Source of the DNA: Camelus dromedarius
Taxonomy: Eukaryota
Direction: 5' to 3'
Length of the DNA: 64,000 nucleotides
Assembly (NCBI RefSeq): GCF_036321535.1
Contig: NC_087436.1
Location: 112,036,001 to 112,100,000, forward strand
Position numbers and translations under genes: made by a program. The first letter of the stretch is position 1, and every line of letters begins with the position of its first letter. Of the stretch, positions 11,446 through 24,592 are shown piece by piece. The notes below the pieces were generated by a model. That model saw only the letters and a program-made list of their open reading frames with translations. It was not told the DNA's origin and did not search any database.

Positions 11446-13156
11446 TCCTTTTCTGTTCTTACCTGAATACTAGGCTATTCTCTTGATTGGTCTCCTGCCC
11501 CCACTCTTTGCCTTTTGCAGTCTATTCTCTGTACAACACTCAGAGAGTTCTTTCTAAAAGCCAGATCTGGCTTGACATCTCTGTGTATAGCATTTCATTT
11601 GCCCCACCCTTAATAAAAAGTTATTTATTAAGGCAATGTTCCCCCTGCCTCTGTTCGTCTTCGTCTCCTCCCACCCTCACGCACACTTCTTCATTTCAGC
11701 ATGACTGGGCTCTTTAAATTACCCAGGGAAACCATTTGTTTTTAACACCTTCAAGCACCGGAGGCCAGCACACTGGCGAGCACAGTGCCTGGCAAAATAG
11801 ATACCCATTATATGAAACGAACAAGCAGGAATACTGGTGGTCATTGCCTGGGCACCATTTTGCCTTTCTTATTTAACTCATTAACTATTACCAGGAGTTT
11901 TTCCCTGACCAGATCTTCCCCTGTTGCCATGTACTTTAGGTGCCCTAGAAGTACTTCTACCATAACCTTTATCATATTACTCTGTAATTATTGACTTCCA
12001 TGTATATACCTCCTTCTAGACTGTCAGATCTTCAGTATTGGTCTTTATGGTGCCTGATACCAAATAACACTGTCGAAGGAATGCATGGGTAAACGTATAT
12101 ACTGAAGTTTTATTCTTTTTAAAGCTTTTCAGAAAAAGCCTACTTAGCCAAGGATACGTCATAAGAGTCCTGGAGTCTGGAAAGTTTGCAGTGAAATTGT
12201 TTTCCAGCCTTAGGCAATACGGGCAGAGCCAGAAGCCTTTGGCCCTTTCTTGAGCCCATCACTCTCCACCCTCAACATTGCATCTTTCCTTGTTGACTCA
12301 ACATAATATTTTGAGATGGCTCTGGGCCAATAAACAGTGGATGAGAAACGAGAAGAGGGAAAACATTAAACAAGAACAATTTGTGGCATAATGATAAAGT
12401 TCAGTTTGAATATTGCTTAAGGATAGGTTGCTGAGTCTTATGTCCCAGTACAAATCCAATATATATCCTTGGAGACACGTTTTTCCCCATATTTTCTTAA
12501 ATAGAGTCCTCAGGAAAACCCTCCTGTCAGCTACCAGGGAATAGCTTTCTAAGCTTGATTTCTCCTTTTGGTGTCTATTTTATTCCATCTGGATAGCTGT
12601 TATTTATCTTCCATGTCACCTTCTAGGGTTCTACCCACACGTAAATGACTCGAGACATCTCAGGAAGCCTAGATTCTCCATAGACTCTCAATAATTTTCA
12701 CTTCATTATGTTACTGACAAGGCTGACCCGAGGAAGGATGATTTGACTGTCAGACGCCAGACTTTGAGTGAAACCACTGCACTTTTTAAAGGTGTCAGTT
12801 GATCTTACTGTCAAACAAGGCACTCTTCTAGCGTTTTCTAGGCTGTGTGGGGCTGTGGTCATCCCTTTCTCTCTCCCAGGCCAACAGAGAGCATGTGGAG
12901 AGCAAGTTAAACAACCCCACCCTGTTGTTTTCAGCTCATTTGGCTGGTTTGGGTGTATTTTGGGTTTTATTTGTAAAGGCAGAAATATTTTTTAAAGTGG
13001 TTTTTCTTCCCATCCCACCACTCTTCACTTAAAATACCCTGTTTAAAAAATAGGCAAAAGATTTAAACTACAAATTATTAAGAATTTAAGAGAGCCTTAG
13101 GGCCCTCAAATCTCATATAATCTCTCTTGCTTCTCCCTTAACATGCTTGATTAGAT

Positions 13157-13470
13157 CAGGGTCACAAAACCAAATACACTGGGGTGTATGGGTGCATGAA
13201 ACCAGCCAGGTGGGGACTGTGCTGAGATGGAGAGTTGACACCCCATCCAAACAAGAGAGCCCACCAAAGCTCTAAATGAATTCCTGCTGGCCTTATTCCC
13301 ATTTACATTATTTCTAGATCCTCAACTATTTCCAAAAAATATGAAGGTCAAATTTAAAATGTCAAATGTTTTCACATTAAAATTCTTTATGTTGGTAAAC
13401 AATTCAAAATTTAGAAAAACAAAAGTGCAGAACAAACAAAACACTTCTGCAGACCACTAACTTTAACCTG
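13157..13470 (+). mobile_element. MER102-like hAT-Charlie element
   Basis: GCCAGGTGGGGACTGTG...GGAGAG...ATGTTGGTAAACAATTCAAAATTT...AAACAAAACAC. Confidence 0.65.
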
Positions 13471-15086
13471 AAAATGTCTTAGGAGTCAAAAGTTTATTTT
13501 AGCTTATTTATTTAATGTGTTCAACAAATATTATGAGCACCTTTTTTGTGCTAAACTGTGTGCTAAGTAATAGAGACTCAGTATTGGATAGGATAGACCC
13601 CCATATGCTCAGGGAACTGGCTTTTTAACTCAGGTGTTTGGAATTTGAGGCTCCTTTGTGATGGTTAGTTGATTCACAACTGATAGACTGAGGCCTTGAA
13701 ACAGACTGATGATAATTTTGAACTTCTTTATGTTGTTATACACTGCAAAATAATTTTGTGTGGCCACAACTTTCTACTCAAACATTATCCACCATATTGG
13801 AATATATCATAATTTTAGGAAGAGTTTATTAATTGAACACATGTTTATTCATTGAACTTATTCAAGAAATATTTACTGGGCATCTATTATGAATGAGGCA
13901 CTGGGAAAATAAATGAGAATTCAGTGATGGATTGAATAGATAGCTTAATTATCATGGAAAGCCTTTCATACCAGGGCCTGGACCCTAAGGGTATGGGACC
14001 AGAAAGAGCTGCAGTTGAATCCAAACCCATAGCTTAGGAGCGAAGAAGGAATTGGTCAGCTCTTACCTCCAAGGTGTTCCAGGCACCAGGGCAGGAGGAG
14101 GTGGCTTGCAGAGTGAGGATCTGGAAAGTGAGCAGCACATTGTTGGTGTTGCTTTTTGCCTTCCCATGGAGACCAAGATAATGCCTGTCTCGCCCTCCCG
14201 TACAGGAGAAAAGCAGGTGTGGCAAACAGAGGTAGCTTCCAGAGAGAACACAGGAAACTTGAGGATGGAGAAGAGGTCCTCCCCTATTCTTACAGGTCCC
14301 TGTACTCTCGCAGATGTAGGAAGTCTATGGCTTTGTTGTAATTACTGTCTTTTCTGTTGACTCTAATCTTTGTGAGGCAAAGATCATTTCTACCTGGTCC
14401 AAGAATGGATCCATCCATCCCCAGCACCAGGCCCAAAGTCAGGCACATAATAGGTACACAATAAGTGCTGCTGACTGAGAAAAGAGAGAGTTTCTCTAGG
14501 GTCACATTTACAGAGAAAAAAAAATGGTAGGTAGTTAACGGTAGGTGAATTCCCACAAGAGGGAGATAGTGAGGAAGAAGAGCAGGTGGGTCTGTGATAG
14601 GAAGCGTGGGCGGGGTGATGTAAGTGGAGAGGGGGCTGAGTAGTGTGGTCCTGGAAGGCCATAAGGTTGGTAGGAAGTAGGTCTTGGGGTGGGCTGACCA
14701 TCCTGAGACTTTAAAGCGGAGTGTAAGTCCAGGGGTCCTGTGCTGAGTTTCTCAGTGAAAGATGTTACCACCAATGACGCAAGGTTAAAGGAACTGAGTT
14801 TCTAAATTAGATAAAACTCACTTTGGTAAGCACAAATGTCCTCGCAGCTGTCCAAGGTCACTGTGTGTCAGTCTGACCACGGGAAATCGCTCATTTGAGG
14901 CGCACACTTGAATCTTTCTCATTCTGCATTGGCTAAGTTCGCATGTCGAGTTCCTTGCTTTCCAGCCGTGAGTCATGTGGGCCTTGGTGAAGGTCAGTGT
15001 ATAATGATACAACATCTTGCATGATGACATTTTTCACGATGTGTTTTTCTACCCAAGATTTCTGAAAATCAATCACTCAGTTTTTA

Positions 15087-15089
<3 letters not shown>

Positions 15090-15120
<31 letters not shown>
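15090..15120. repeat. (T)31 homopolymer
   Basis: Read directly. Confidence 0.95.
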
Positions 15121-15121
<1 letters not shown>

Positions 15122-16829
15122 AGCTGAAGCTGAGCAGCTAGATGTTGGAATTTGCCATCCAACCATTCACCCATCCCTAACCTTTAAATGTTTGGAGAGG
15201 AAAATGAAAAAAGACTGGTGTAAAATAATTCAGTAACCCACAGAATTCATTTAGTTTAATTTATGCTAATTACGGCATATTGGTGTACTGGCAGATAAAA
15301 ATAAAGCTGGTGGAGAAGATTGCATTGAATAAACTGAGACAATTAACCCTCGAAATTATCACGTGAAATGATTTGATCTTGCTACTGAAAATAACAAGCC
15401 CAACCAATTGTCTTAACTAGTGATGATTAAAAAGCTTATTAAATTCCGAGATTTATTTTACATTACCCCGTGTCCATTGGTCATTTTGTATAATATTTTA
15501 ATTATAGGGGTTTTTCCTTTCTCTAAATGGTTAGTGCACAAAATTAGAATTTTATTTTATTATTATGTTCAGTTACTTAGCAAAATATATGTAATAGAAA
15601 GATAGCAGTCGTGTTATATGTCACAAATGTTAAGGTGAAATTCTCAGTGACATAAAGTGACCCAAAACATTGTCCTTTGAGTTGTGAGATAATTTGAATT
15701 ATCAGATTTTATCTCGTCAAATTAGCTCCTAGACTTCCATTTGCAGCTACTGTCCCCTATATTAGGTACAAAAGGATTATTATTAATTTTATTATGGAGG
15801 TCAAATAAATGGCAATTGTGAATATTTTATCTAAAAGTATTGCAGACTTTGCCTCATCCTGGATTATTTGCCAAAGTAAAAAAAAATAATCATTTCCCCA
15901 GAGGACTGGGGGATATGGAAAAGACAGAATCGTGACCAGTAAAGGCAGGCAGAACAAACACTGAGCCCCAGCAGTGAACTTTCCAGGAACAAGCTGCTTC
16001 CTAATGGAGCGATCCTTGTTACCCCATCAGCCATGATGTCTCTGAGAAGAGTTGCTGTAGATTTTATTTTATTTTTTTCAATTGAATTATTCACCTAACT
16101 ATCTCCTCATCATTTTAAATACAGCCAGATCTACCTGCTTAAAGAGGTCTCCCCTGATTTTTCCCACGTCTGAGTTAGGTACTTCTTTTAAGCTCCTATA
16201 GAAGACCCCTCCTTCTATCTATTCAAACATAAACTTCTGATGTCCATGGAATTGCGTCTCCCACTACAGCTTAAGTGACTTAAGGCCAAGAACCACAAGC
16301 TTGTTCTTTCTACCTTAAAGATCTAATACGGGGCTTAATACAGAGTAAGTTCTCCATCAAAAGGCTTGTTGCATGAATAAAGGAATCCACAAATTCAGAA
16401 TGATTTTTACTGGCATTGTTGGAGCCGCTACCATTCAAGAAAAAACCAGTGAATATTTTCTCCAACAGTTTTTAAAGTGACATCTGAGCTGTTGTCCACA
16501 AGATATGCCTGTTTATTTTGTTCATTTAAAAAGCAAATTGATTTTGCAGTTAGTAGAATAAGTGAAAGATAATCCCATATGTCTTTTATGACTGTCATTT
16601 TTAAAGTAGGATTGCTGATTTCTCTTTAACTCACATCTGATTGGCGAGAGGGGACTAGACTAATCAAAGAAGCTCATGCAACAGACTTATAGACCATTAA
16701 CTATTATGTGTTACAAACTGTCCTACAGAGTCAGGGAAACAGCAACGGGCCAGATCGACACTGACACTGACTTTGCAGAGTTCATAATCGTTCAAGGAAC
16801 CATATAGTGTATGGTGAGGGCTAACACAT

Positions 16830-17266
16830 TGCTCAGCTATCATCACAATATTGTTGCATAGCACCAAACCGAGTGTCTTAAAACAGCAACCATTTATTTT
16901 TGCTTCATGGGTCTATGCTAGGCTTGGGCAGCTCGGTGTCAGGCTCAGGTTGGCCAGGCTTGGCTCAGGCCATGAGTGGGTTCAATGCGCTTCATTCTCC
17001 TTAGAAGAGCCACTTTCATCATCTTGTTCTCATTTTTCTCAATTGCCAGAGGAGAAGGAGAGAGAGGAGATGCGCTCTGCCTCCTGAGACTTCAGCCCAC
17101 TTTCCTTTGGTCAAGGATGTCACATGGTCATGCCCAACCTCCAAGTGTGGAAAAAATACACCCCACCCACTCCATCAGATCTGGCAGAGTCAGATCCCAC
17201 ACGGCTGAACGTGTGATTCTAATACAGGGAGGGCATGAACAAGTGTGGACACAGATTCAATCTACC
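16830..17266 (-). mobile_element. Old MLT1 LTR
   Basis: GTCTTAAAACAGCAACCATTTATT...TTGGTCAAGGATGTCACATGG...ATTCAATCTACC. Confidence 0.65.
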
Positions 17267-20200
17267 GTGGCGGGGTTGGTGGGGGCGGGGCAGGGAAGGC
17301 TCCAGACTGGCTCTAGTCTTTACAACTTTGTAAATTATACCTGATGGTGTTTAAATAAACTGTGAAAGGAGCTTATGCAATTATTTCACAACTAGCAACA
17401 GCATTCATGATACTTTTATTATATAGGTGGGAAACTTGAGTAAGTTAAAGATTATCATGTAGGTAGGTAAAATTTCCTCTTAAACCAATGATCCTTATGC
17501 ACACACACATACACAAATAAAAGTCAATAAAATCATAGGTAGAATCACAGCGTCCCAGACCTAGAGGAACACATGGGACCCCTCTAGGTCCTCTGGAATG
17601 TTACCTCTTCATCTTTATCTTCCATCTGCCTGTCTTAGTGTTTCATTAGAGTCATTGTTAAGAGGGCTGTCTGTGGCTTCCCCGTGTAGGGGAGATTTGA
17701 ATCTACGTCCTTGTCCTCCCCACAAAGTGCCCAGCCTTGCAGGCATCATTTTCTACTCATATTTGATCAAAGGTATTCTTTATGGGACTGCATCTCTGAC
17801 CTTGAGACTAGACATTAAACCAGAGGCCCAATCCATCATTTGAAAACTTTCCTTTACTTTGAACTTCAGCCAAGATTTAGCCTTTAACTACAAATCATAC
17901 AAGCTATGTGAACAGATGTGTATAAAGAGCAGGTGGGGACATAGGGGTGAAGACAAGCAGAGACGTGTGCAGTGTGCTTTTGATTTTATTATCTACTCCC
18001 CAGTTAGGCAGGGCATTTGTGGGCAGCTTAGTTCATCAAAAATAATCATAAACAATAATAATGTTAGTTAAACCTCCTTTTCTAACAATCACAATAACAA
18101 CAATTGTCATCATCATCATCATACGGCTATAGAGATGGATGATAATTTGGAGTTGCAAGCAAAAGAAAATAGCCCTGCTTAATTTAAACAAAAGGCAATG
18201 TATCAGAAGACTATAAGGAAACTCTGGAATTGATAGAAAAAGAACAGACCTTACCGGAGACTGGAGGAAGCAGAAGTCACAGCGATGCTCTCACACAGGA
18301 AGACTTGCTTACGCGCCATTGCTGGAATGAACGAATGCCATGTTTTTCCGTCTTGTTGACTATGCTCATGATTCGGATTTCAGGGAAGAGGTATCTGCTT
18401 GGCTTTGTGTGGGGCACTTGGCTGGGGAGATAAAGGGCACCCAATTAACAGTCCCACCAAATACATCCAAATGGAAGAAGTCCCCCCCTCAAGGAAATAA
18501 TGATTCTAGTAGATGGAGAAACGTTTGCTGGGAAAACACAAACTAAGGACTGTCCACTACACTAACACGGTAAATTCTTACTATGTTTTGGGTGCTGTAC
18601 GTAATTTGTATTTCTTTTTCAAAAGATCTGCGAATTGCTGGTATTATTCCTTCCACACAAATGAGTGACAGCAGCAAGGATAATGTGCACAATATATTGA
18701 CTGTATCCTGAATGTCAGGCTTATGTGGGTGACAAACTTGGCATAGAAGACGAAGGAGTGTCAGATGAGTTAAACATTTTGCTACCCCATTCTCAAAATA
18801 CCAGCAGTCTGACAAACTCTAAGGTCTACTTTTAATCATGTGCTGAGGAAGCTGAGGATCAGAGGAGTTGAGTAACTTGCCCAAGGCTGCACAGCCAGTA
18901 AGTGGTAGCGATGACTATTTTGTTCTAAACCTCTTCTCATATGTCCAAGTGCTCAATGTCCATCAAATGACAGTGAATGTAAACTGGCCGTGACAATGGT
19001 TTTACTGACACACCAACAGACCACTAGTACTGCCCCCCAGGGAGCTCCCTGTCCCTCCCACACACCACACCCATTCCGGCCCCAGCATGTGTACATAGCT
19101 CCTTCCCCCTGGAATATTCTATTCCAGATCCTTCTATGGTTGATTTCTCAGCCTCCAAGATTCTGCTTAAATATTAGCTCCCCCTTTAGAAGGCTCATCT
19201 CTGGTTTCCCAATTTCATGCAGCCTCCTGCACTTACTCTTGACCACAGCATCCTCTTGTAGCTGATGCTGCCCTCATTCCTCCCTAAAATGACCCTTCCT
19301 CCATTGCTTAGAGCAGGGCTCAGCACATAAGAAGATGCTGAATAAATGCGGGTTAGCTGACACTCGGAATAGAGGGACACATAGGCAGGACAAGGAGCCC
19401 AGGCTCTGTGATCTGGAATGACTGCCTGGAAGATGCCACGTTTACACCTCACCATTCAGAATGAGTAGAAGGAAGGAGGTGGGGAAGGGAGTTTTCCATA
19501 CAGAAGAACTGTTTGCATCAGACATGAATGAAGGGAGAGAGAGCACAGTGGGCATTCAAGGACTCGGAGCAATTCAATATGGGAGAGTGGGAGTGACAGG
19601 GCGTGACAGGTCAAGAGCAGTCATTAGTAGCCTCTTAAGTCACAGTTAGGAGCGAGGCGCTGGCCAAGTTACCAGTGTCCGTGTGTGGACATGTGTCTGT
19701 GCAAACTCTGCCAGCACGTGGCCTCCATCAGTCCCCACACAGTCCAGGAAGGCACCTGACCTCAGCAGCCATCCTTTCCTCTCCTGATGAATGAAGTAGA
19801 CACGAGGAGTAGGATGCTAACCCACCCACAGGCTGTGCGGGGGGAGAGGCACTTGACCAGGAGAATAAAGTCCAACAAAGCCTAGAACACAATAGAAGCT
19901 TCTTTCATCTTCATTTTGTCCTTATTTACCTCTTAAAACTACCCTGGGAGAGAGAAGACATTGAATAAGAGGGGCAGGTGGAAACTTTAGTGTTGCCTTT
20001 TGAAACACTGCCCGTGGGCACATTCAGGTGATTGAGGCGGAGGGCGAGCAGAGTTGAGGGGACGGCAGGGGATGGGAGCATTCAGGGCATTTTCAGTTTG
20101 GATTCCTTTATTGCGTGGATCCTTCTTAAGAAATACATTGATAACCAAGGAGAGAACTTTCCAAGTTCACGCCAAGTTTGGGACTTGAATATCGCAAACC

Positions 20201-20450
20201 AAATGGGAATAAAATATTTGAAACTCAAAGGGTTGGATATTTCAGATCTTCTCTCCTTTTGATCTTTTCCCAGCAGCCCTCCATAAAGACTTCTTTCTCT
20301 TGAAGAAACTTTGGTCTTTGTTTTCTTTTTTCCCTTCTCACTTCCAGATTTCTAGAATTTCAAGAATTACAGACCTTCTGAGCTGTCAATTCTTCCTTTT
20401 ATAAGACAGAGACAGGATGCTGAAATAGGAGAGGCACAAATAGCAGTGGT

Positions 20451-20607
20451 GAGAACAATAGTAATAGCGATGGTAATAATAATAGTACTAGTAATCGCAA
20501 TGGTAACAGTAACAGAAATAGCAATAACAACAGCATTAATAACAGCAATAGTAATGGCAATGGTAGTAGTAATGGTAATAGTAACAGTAATTGCAGCAGT
20601 AATAGCC
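20451..20607. repeat. Degenerate (TAA/CAA/TAG)n trinucleotide repeat
   Basis: Read directly: 3-bp periodicity over about 155 bp. Confidence 0.9.
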
Positions 20608-21379
20608 AGGTTGTGTTGATGACTATATTCTAGGCAATTTACATATATTATCTTCTGTAGTTGTCACTGAAAGTCTGCAATTTCCCCTGGCTTATAGATG
20701 AAGTAAACAAGACACAGAAATGTTAAATAACGTATCACACAGCCAGAAATAAGTGTAAGACCAGGACCAGCTCCCTGGCGGCATGAGCACCACAACCGTG
20801 CAGCCCACAGGCTATAGCTGCTTCCGGGAAGTGAGTCAGGCATGAGGAACTCCTGGCTCTGCCCCTTGTTGGATGTGTGACTTCTGGAAGGTGACTTTGT
20901 TCCTCTGTGATGCAATCACCTCATCTACAAAGTGGGGGCAGCCATGGGAGTTAGGAGCCCAGCCTTCTAGGTGCCGTACACGTGGAGGAGGGACTCACTC
21001 TAGGCTGGCTGCCACGACCACCTTATCGTTTTCTGTTCTGATGAGGAAACCACGACAGGGGTGAGCCCATGACTGGTCCAAAGTCCCGGGGCTGCCAGGC
21101 AGGTCTCAGGCATTCAGTCCACTCTACTGTTTCGTCACCCACTTTGCTTCACTTCTGGGAGCAGAATGGGTGACGGGGCTGTCCATAAACAGTTGTGATG
21201 CTTGTCAGTGGAAAGGGGGTCTGCTGGGTATTTAGGTATGTGTTGTGGAGGCTGTGGCTGCCCAGTGTGGATTCTGGTAGAATCAGTATAAACCCTCTGG
21301 AGAGGCCATTCAATTTGCTCCACATGGTTATTGAGAAGATTTTATTTTGCTTTTTGCTTACCAGCTAATCTGAGGAAAA

Positions 21380-21590
21380 AGTGGCATTGTGGAAAGGAAA
21401 CATTGTACTCCCTGCCTTGGTTCAAATTCCATCTTGGCTACTTCCTAGTGGTGTAACCTTGGGTCATTCATTAGCTCCTCTGCGAGTCAGGCTTCTCAGC
21501 AGTAAAATGGAACTAATAAGAGTTCCTCCCTCACAGGACTGTTCTGAGTAACAAATGAGTTAATATATATAAAACACACTTAACGCAAAA
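21380..21590 (+). mobile_element. MIR SINE
   Basis: GGTTCAAATTCC...GTAACCTTGGG...GTAAAATGGAACTAATAA...AAATGAGTTAATATAT. Confidence 0.75.
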
Positions 21591-22214
21591 TGAGAGCTGT
21601 TTATATTCGTCGTGCTCGATATTGGCTGAGATTTGCTCTCTCATTTGTCCCTTTACTTGTGGAAGCTGATGAGGACATTTATTCTTATCTATTCAGCAGG
21701 GGGCTTTAACTTTCTTTATGAAGGCATTACCTAGACTGTTTTTGTATTCAGACCGGTCCAGAAGATGTCAGAAGTGATTACTTTCACTTATGAGCCAATG
21801 AGATATTGTTTTCCCCTCAAGTCCTCCCACTTTGTGTATTTATACAAGACCCTGGGAAGAGAGCGTGTCTCCTTCCAGTTCAAGACCATCTTTGCAGGTA
21901 TGATGTGATCGAATATGAACTGCCATTTGAAATGGAACAAACACCATGATCTTTTTTAACTCGCTGGGAGTTTCCAGTGGGAAAGCATGTAGTAGTTGTT
22001 CCTCAGGTCAGAGTATGTTTAGGGGCAGATGAGATATGTGGTTGGGTTTTTCCCTAAGATGTTAGGAACATCTCAGGATGAGGATGGCTTCTGACATGGC
22101 AACCAAGAGTTTTTAACACATAGTAGAAGGAGCTCGTACGTTTGGGGTTACCCCAAGTGTCATCTTCATGGAATTTAACATTTCCAGAGGGACAATAAGA
22201 AGTTGACCATTCAT

Positions 22215-22358
22215 TAGTGTTGCCAGACAGAAATCAAGGCACCGATGCAATATTTGAGATATATTTACACTAAAATTAATCATTGTTTACCTGAAATTCT
22301 AATTTAGCTGAGTGTTCTGCATTTTTTCTTCTTCTTTTTGTGAAATCTGGCAACCCTA
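22215..22358. mobile_element. MER53-type hAT MITE, internally deleted
   Basis: Termini TAGTGTTGCCAGA and TCTGGCAACCCTA. Exact 8-bp TSD CCATTCAT at 22207-22214 and 22359-22366. Confidence 0.88.
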
Positions 22359-23343
22359 CCATTCATGTGTCCTCAGTGGAGGCAGCATCAGCCATCTTGG
22401 GAACAGAGAGCATCATGGGAATTCTAGTCTCCCAGGTACTTCTCTTGATTTTCCCCCCAGAGAAGAGAGAAGTGAGCAATAAAAGTCTGCAGTTTTTCTT
22501 TGGAGTAATGATCATTTTAAGCTATAAATCTCTCTCTGGCCTTTTCCTCCCTTGCTCCTCTTCTCTGTAGTTTTTATTTCTGAAGGTTGGAATTATTGCC
22601 TTATTTCTCACACGGTTCTTAGTGCAGTGCCTTTCTGTTTCTAGGTGTTCTATAAACCACTCCATCTCCAACACCCTCCATGGGAACATAGCTCTATTTG
22701 CATAACGGATGTTGGTACAAGACCATCATATACCTAATTACATAATAAAAGTCAGTGGGAAATTGCATTGATATACAGAACTTGTCTTACAGGCAAACTC
22801 ACAGAAGTACATCCTATGAACTGGAAGGAAATACTTATTACTTGATAACATCACCAGAGAATAAAATCTGTGCCAGAATTTACTATACAATTAGTTAGTG
22901 ATGATCCTTATCATGAAGTGTTGGTTTGATTTTGGATCGAAAAGATTGGCAGAATCTCTTATTTCAAATGTGCTCACTTTATTACCAAGTCACGAGGAAA
23001 CACCAGGAGACAGTGTTTGGCTCTGTATTAGGAGGAACTAACTCACACTAAAGATGAAGAGTGTGCAGACCTGGAAGGCGCCATCATTTCTGGCCCTTGA
23101 CCCCTGTGCATGCTGTACCCACAGTTCCTTTTGAACAGATGAATAAAAAGTTGTTTAGCAATATAAAAGATTGCCTCTTCAAATAGGAACCTCAACTCCT
23201 GTGGAGGCTGAGGGATAATCTGGCTGATCTTCTGTCAGAGATATCAATGAAGAGATTCTGTCATTCACTGGAAAGTTTTCCTTGACTTTCTATAAGGGCC
23301 CTCTTAATGCCAAGATTCTAGGAATTTTGACTTTCACTTGACT

Positions 23344-23701
23344 ACTATAGACTGAATGTTTATGCCCCTCCAAATTCACATGTGAAAAGCTAATCCCCAG
23401 TGCCATGGTATTAGGAGGTGGGAAGCCTGTGGGAGGTGATTAGGTCATGAGGGTGGAGCCCTCCTGAATTGGATTAGTGCCTTTATAAAGGGGATAAAAG
23501 AGAGCTCCCTTACCCCTTCCACCAAGTGAGGACACAGAAAGCTTCTGTCTGTGAATTAGGAAGAGGGCCCTCACCAGACACTGAATCTGCTGGTGCCTTG
23601 ATCTTGGACTTCCCAGCTTCCAGAACTGGCAGAAATAAATCTCTGTTTAAAGCCACCCAGTCTGTGGCATTTTGTTTTAGCAGTCCAAATGGACTAAGGC
23701 A
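23344..23701 (+). mobile_element. MLT1A-like LTR
   Basis: TATAGACTGAATGTTTATGCCCCTCCAAATTCACATGT...GAAATAAAT...GGACTAAGGCA. Confidence 0.88.
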
Positions 23702-23729
23702 ATAACTTTGTTCATGATGAGAACACTAA

Positions 23730-24257
23730 GATGTTTATTATATGAAAAATAAATCATTGCCTAGGAACCACAAAAAGAAAATAATACATTTGCATTTATA
23801 CAACTCAAAAACCTCTGTATAGCAGATAAAAATACACTAATAAATAAATGTAAAATAAATAAGTGAAAAAAAATGACAAACCAGGAAGAAATATTTGCAA
23901 TGTGAATCATAAAGCAAATTTCCTTAATTTACAAAGAACCCATGGAGAAGAATAAGAAAAAAGATGAATAACTCAAGAGAATAAAGGGCAAAGGATGTGA
24001 AAAGACAGTTCAGAAAGGAATGCAAATAGCCAATAAACATAAGAAAAGATGCTCCACATCATTCATAGTTAAAGAAATGCAAATCAAACAGAACAAGGAG
24101 AAATCTATCAGATTGACAAACTAAAAGTCTGGTAATACAGGGGACCTATGAGGTATATGGAAAAAGCATTATTATTATTACCCACTGGGAGCATAAAGGA
24201 GTTCAAATGGCAGCATCGTTTTTGAGGATAATTTGGCAACATCTATCAAAATTATAT
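23730..24257 (+). mobile_element. Ancient L1M fragment (ORF2 3' part), left half of the element split by the young L1
   Basis: Degenerate L1 ORF2 sequence such as AAATAGCCAATAAACATAAGAAAAGATGCTC and AAAGAAATGCAAATCAAA. Confidence 0.75.
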
Positions 24258-24592
24258 TGCTTGTATTATTTTATTTTTTTAACATTTTTATTGATTTATA
24301 ATCATTTTACAATGTTGTGTCAAATTCCAGTGTTCAGCACAATTTTTCAGTTATTCATGGGCATATACACACTCATTGTCACATTTTTTTCTCTGTGAGT
24401 TATCATAATATTTTGTGTATATTTCCCTGTGCTATACAGTGTAGTCTATTCTACAATTTTGAAATCCCAGTCTATCCCTTCCCACCCTCCACCCCCCGGT
24501 AACCACAAGTCTGTATTCTCTGTCTGTGAGTCTATTTCTGTCCTTTATTTACACTTTATTTTTGTTTGTTTGTTTGTTTTTGTTTTTGTTTT

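Noticed and set aside
14067..14120. 54-nt minus-strand pseudo-exon (TTTCCAG...GAG/GTAAGA)
   Set aside because: Unrecognised peptide with no partner exons; such site pairs are common by chance.
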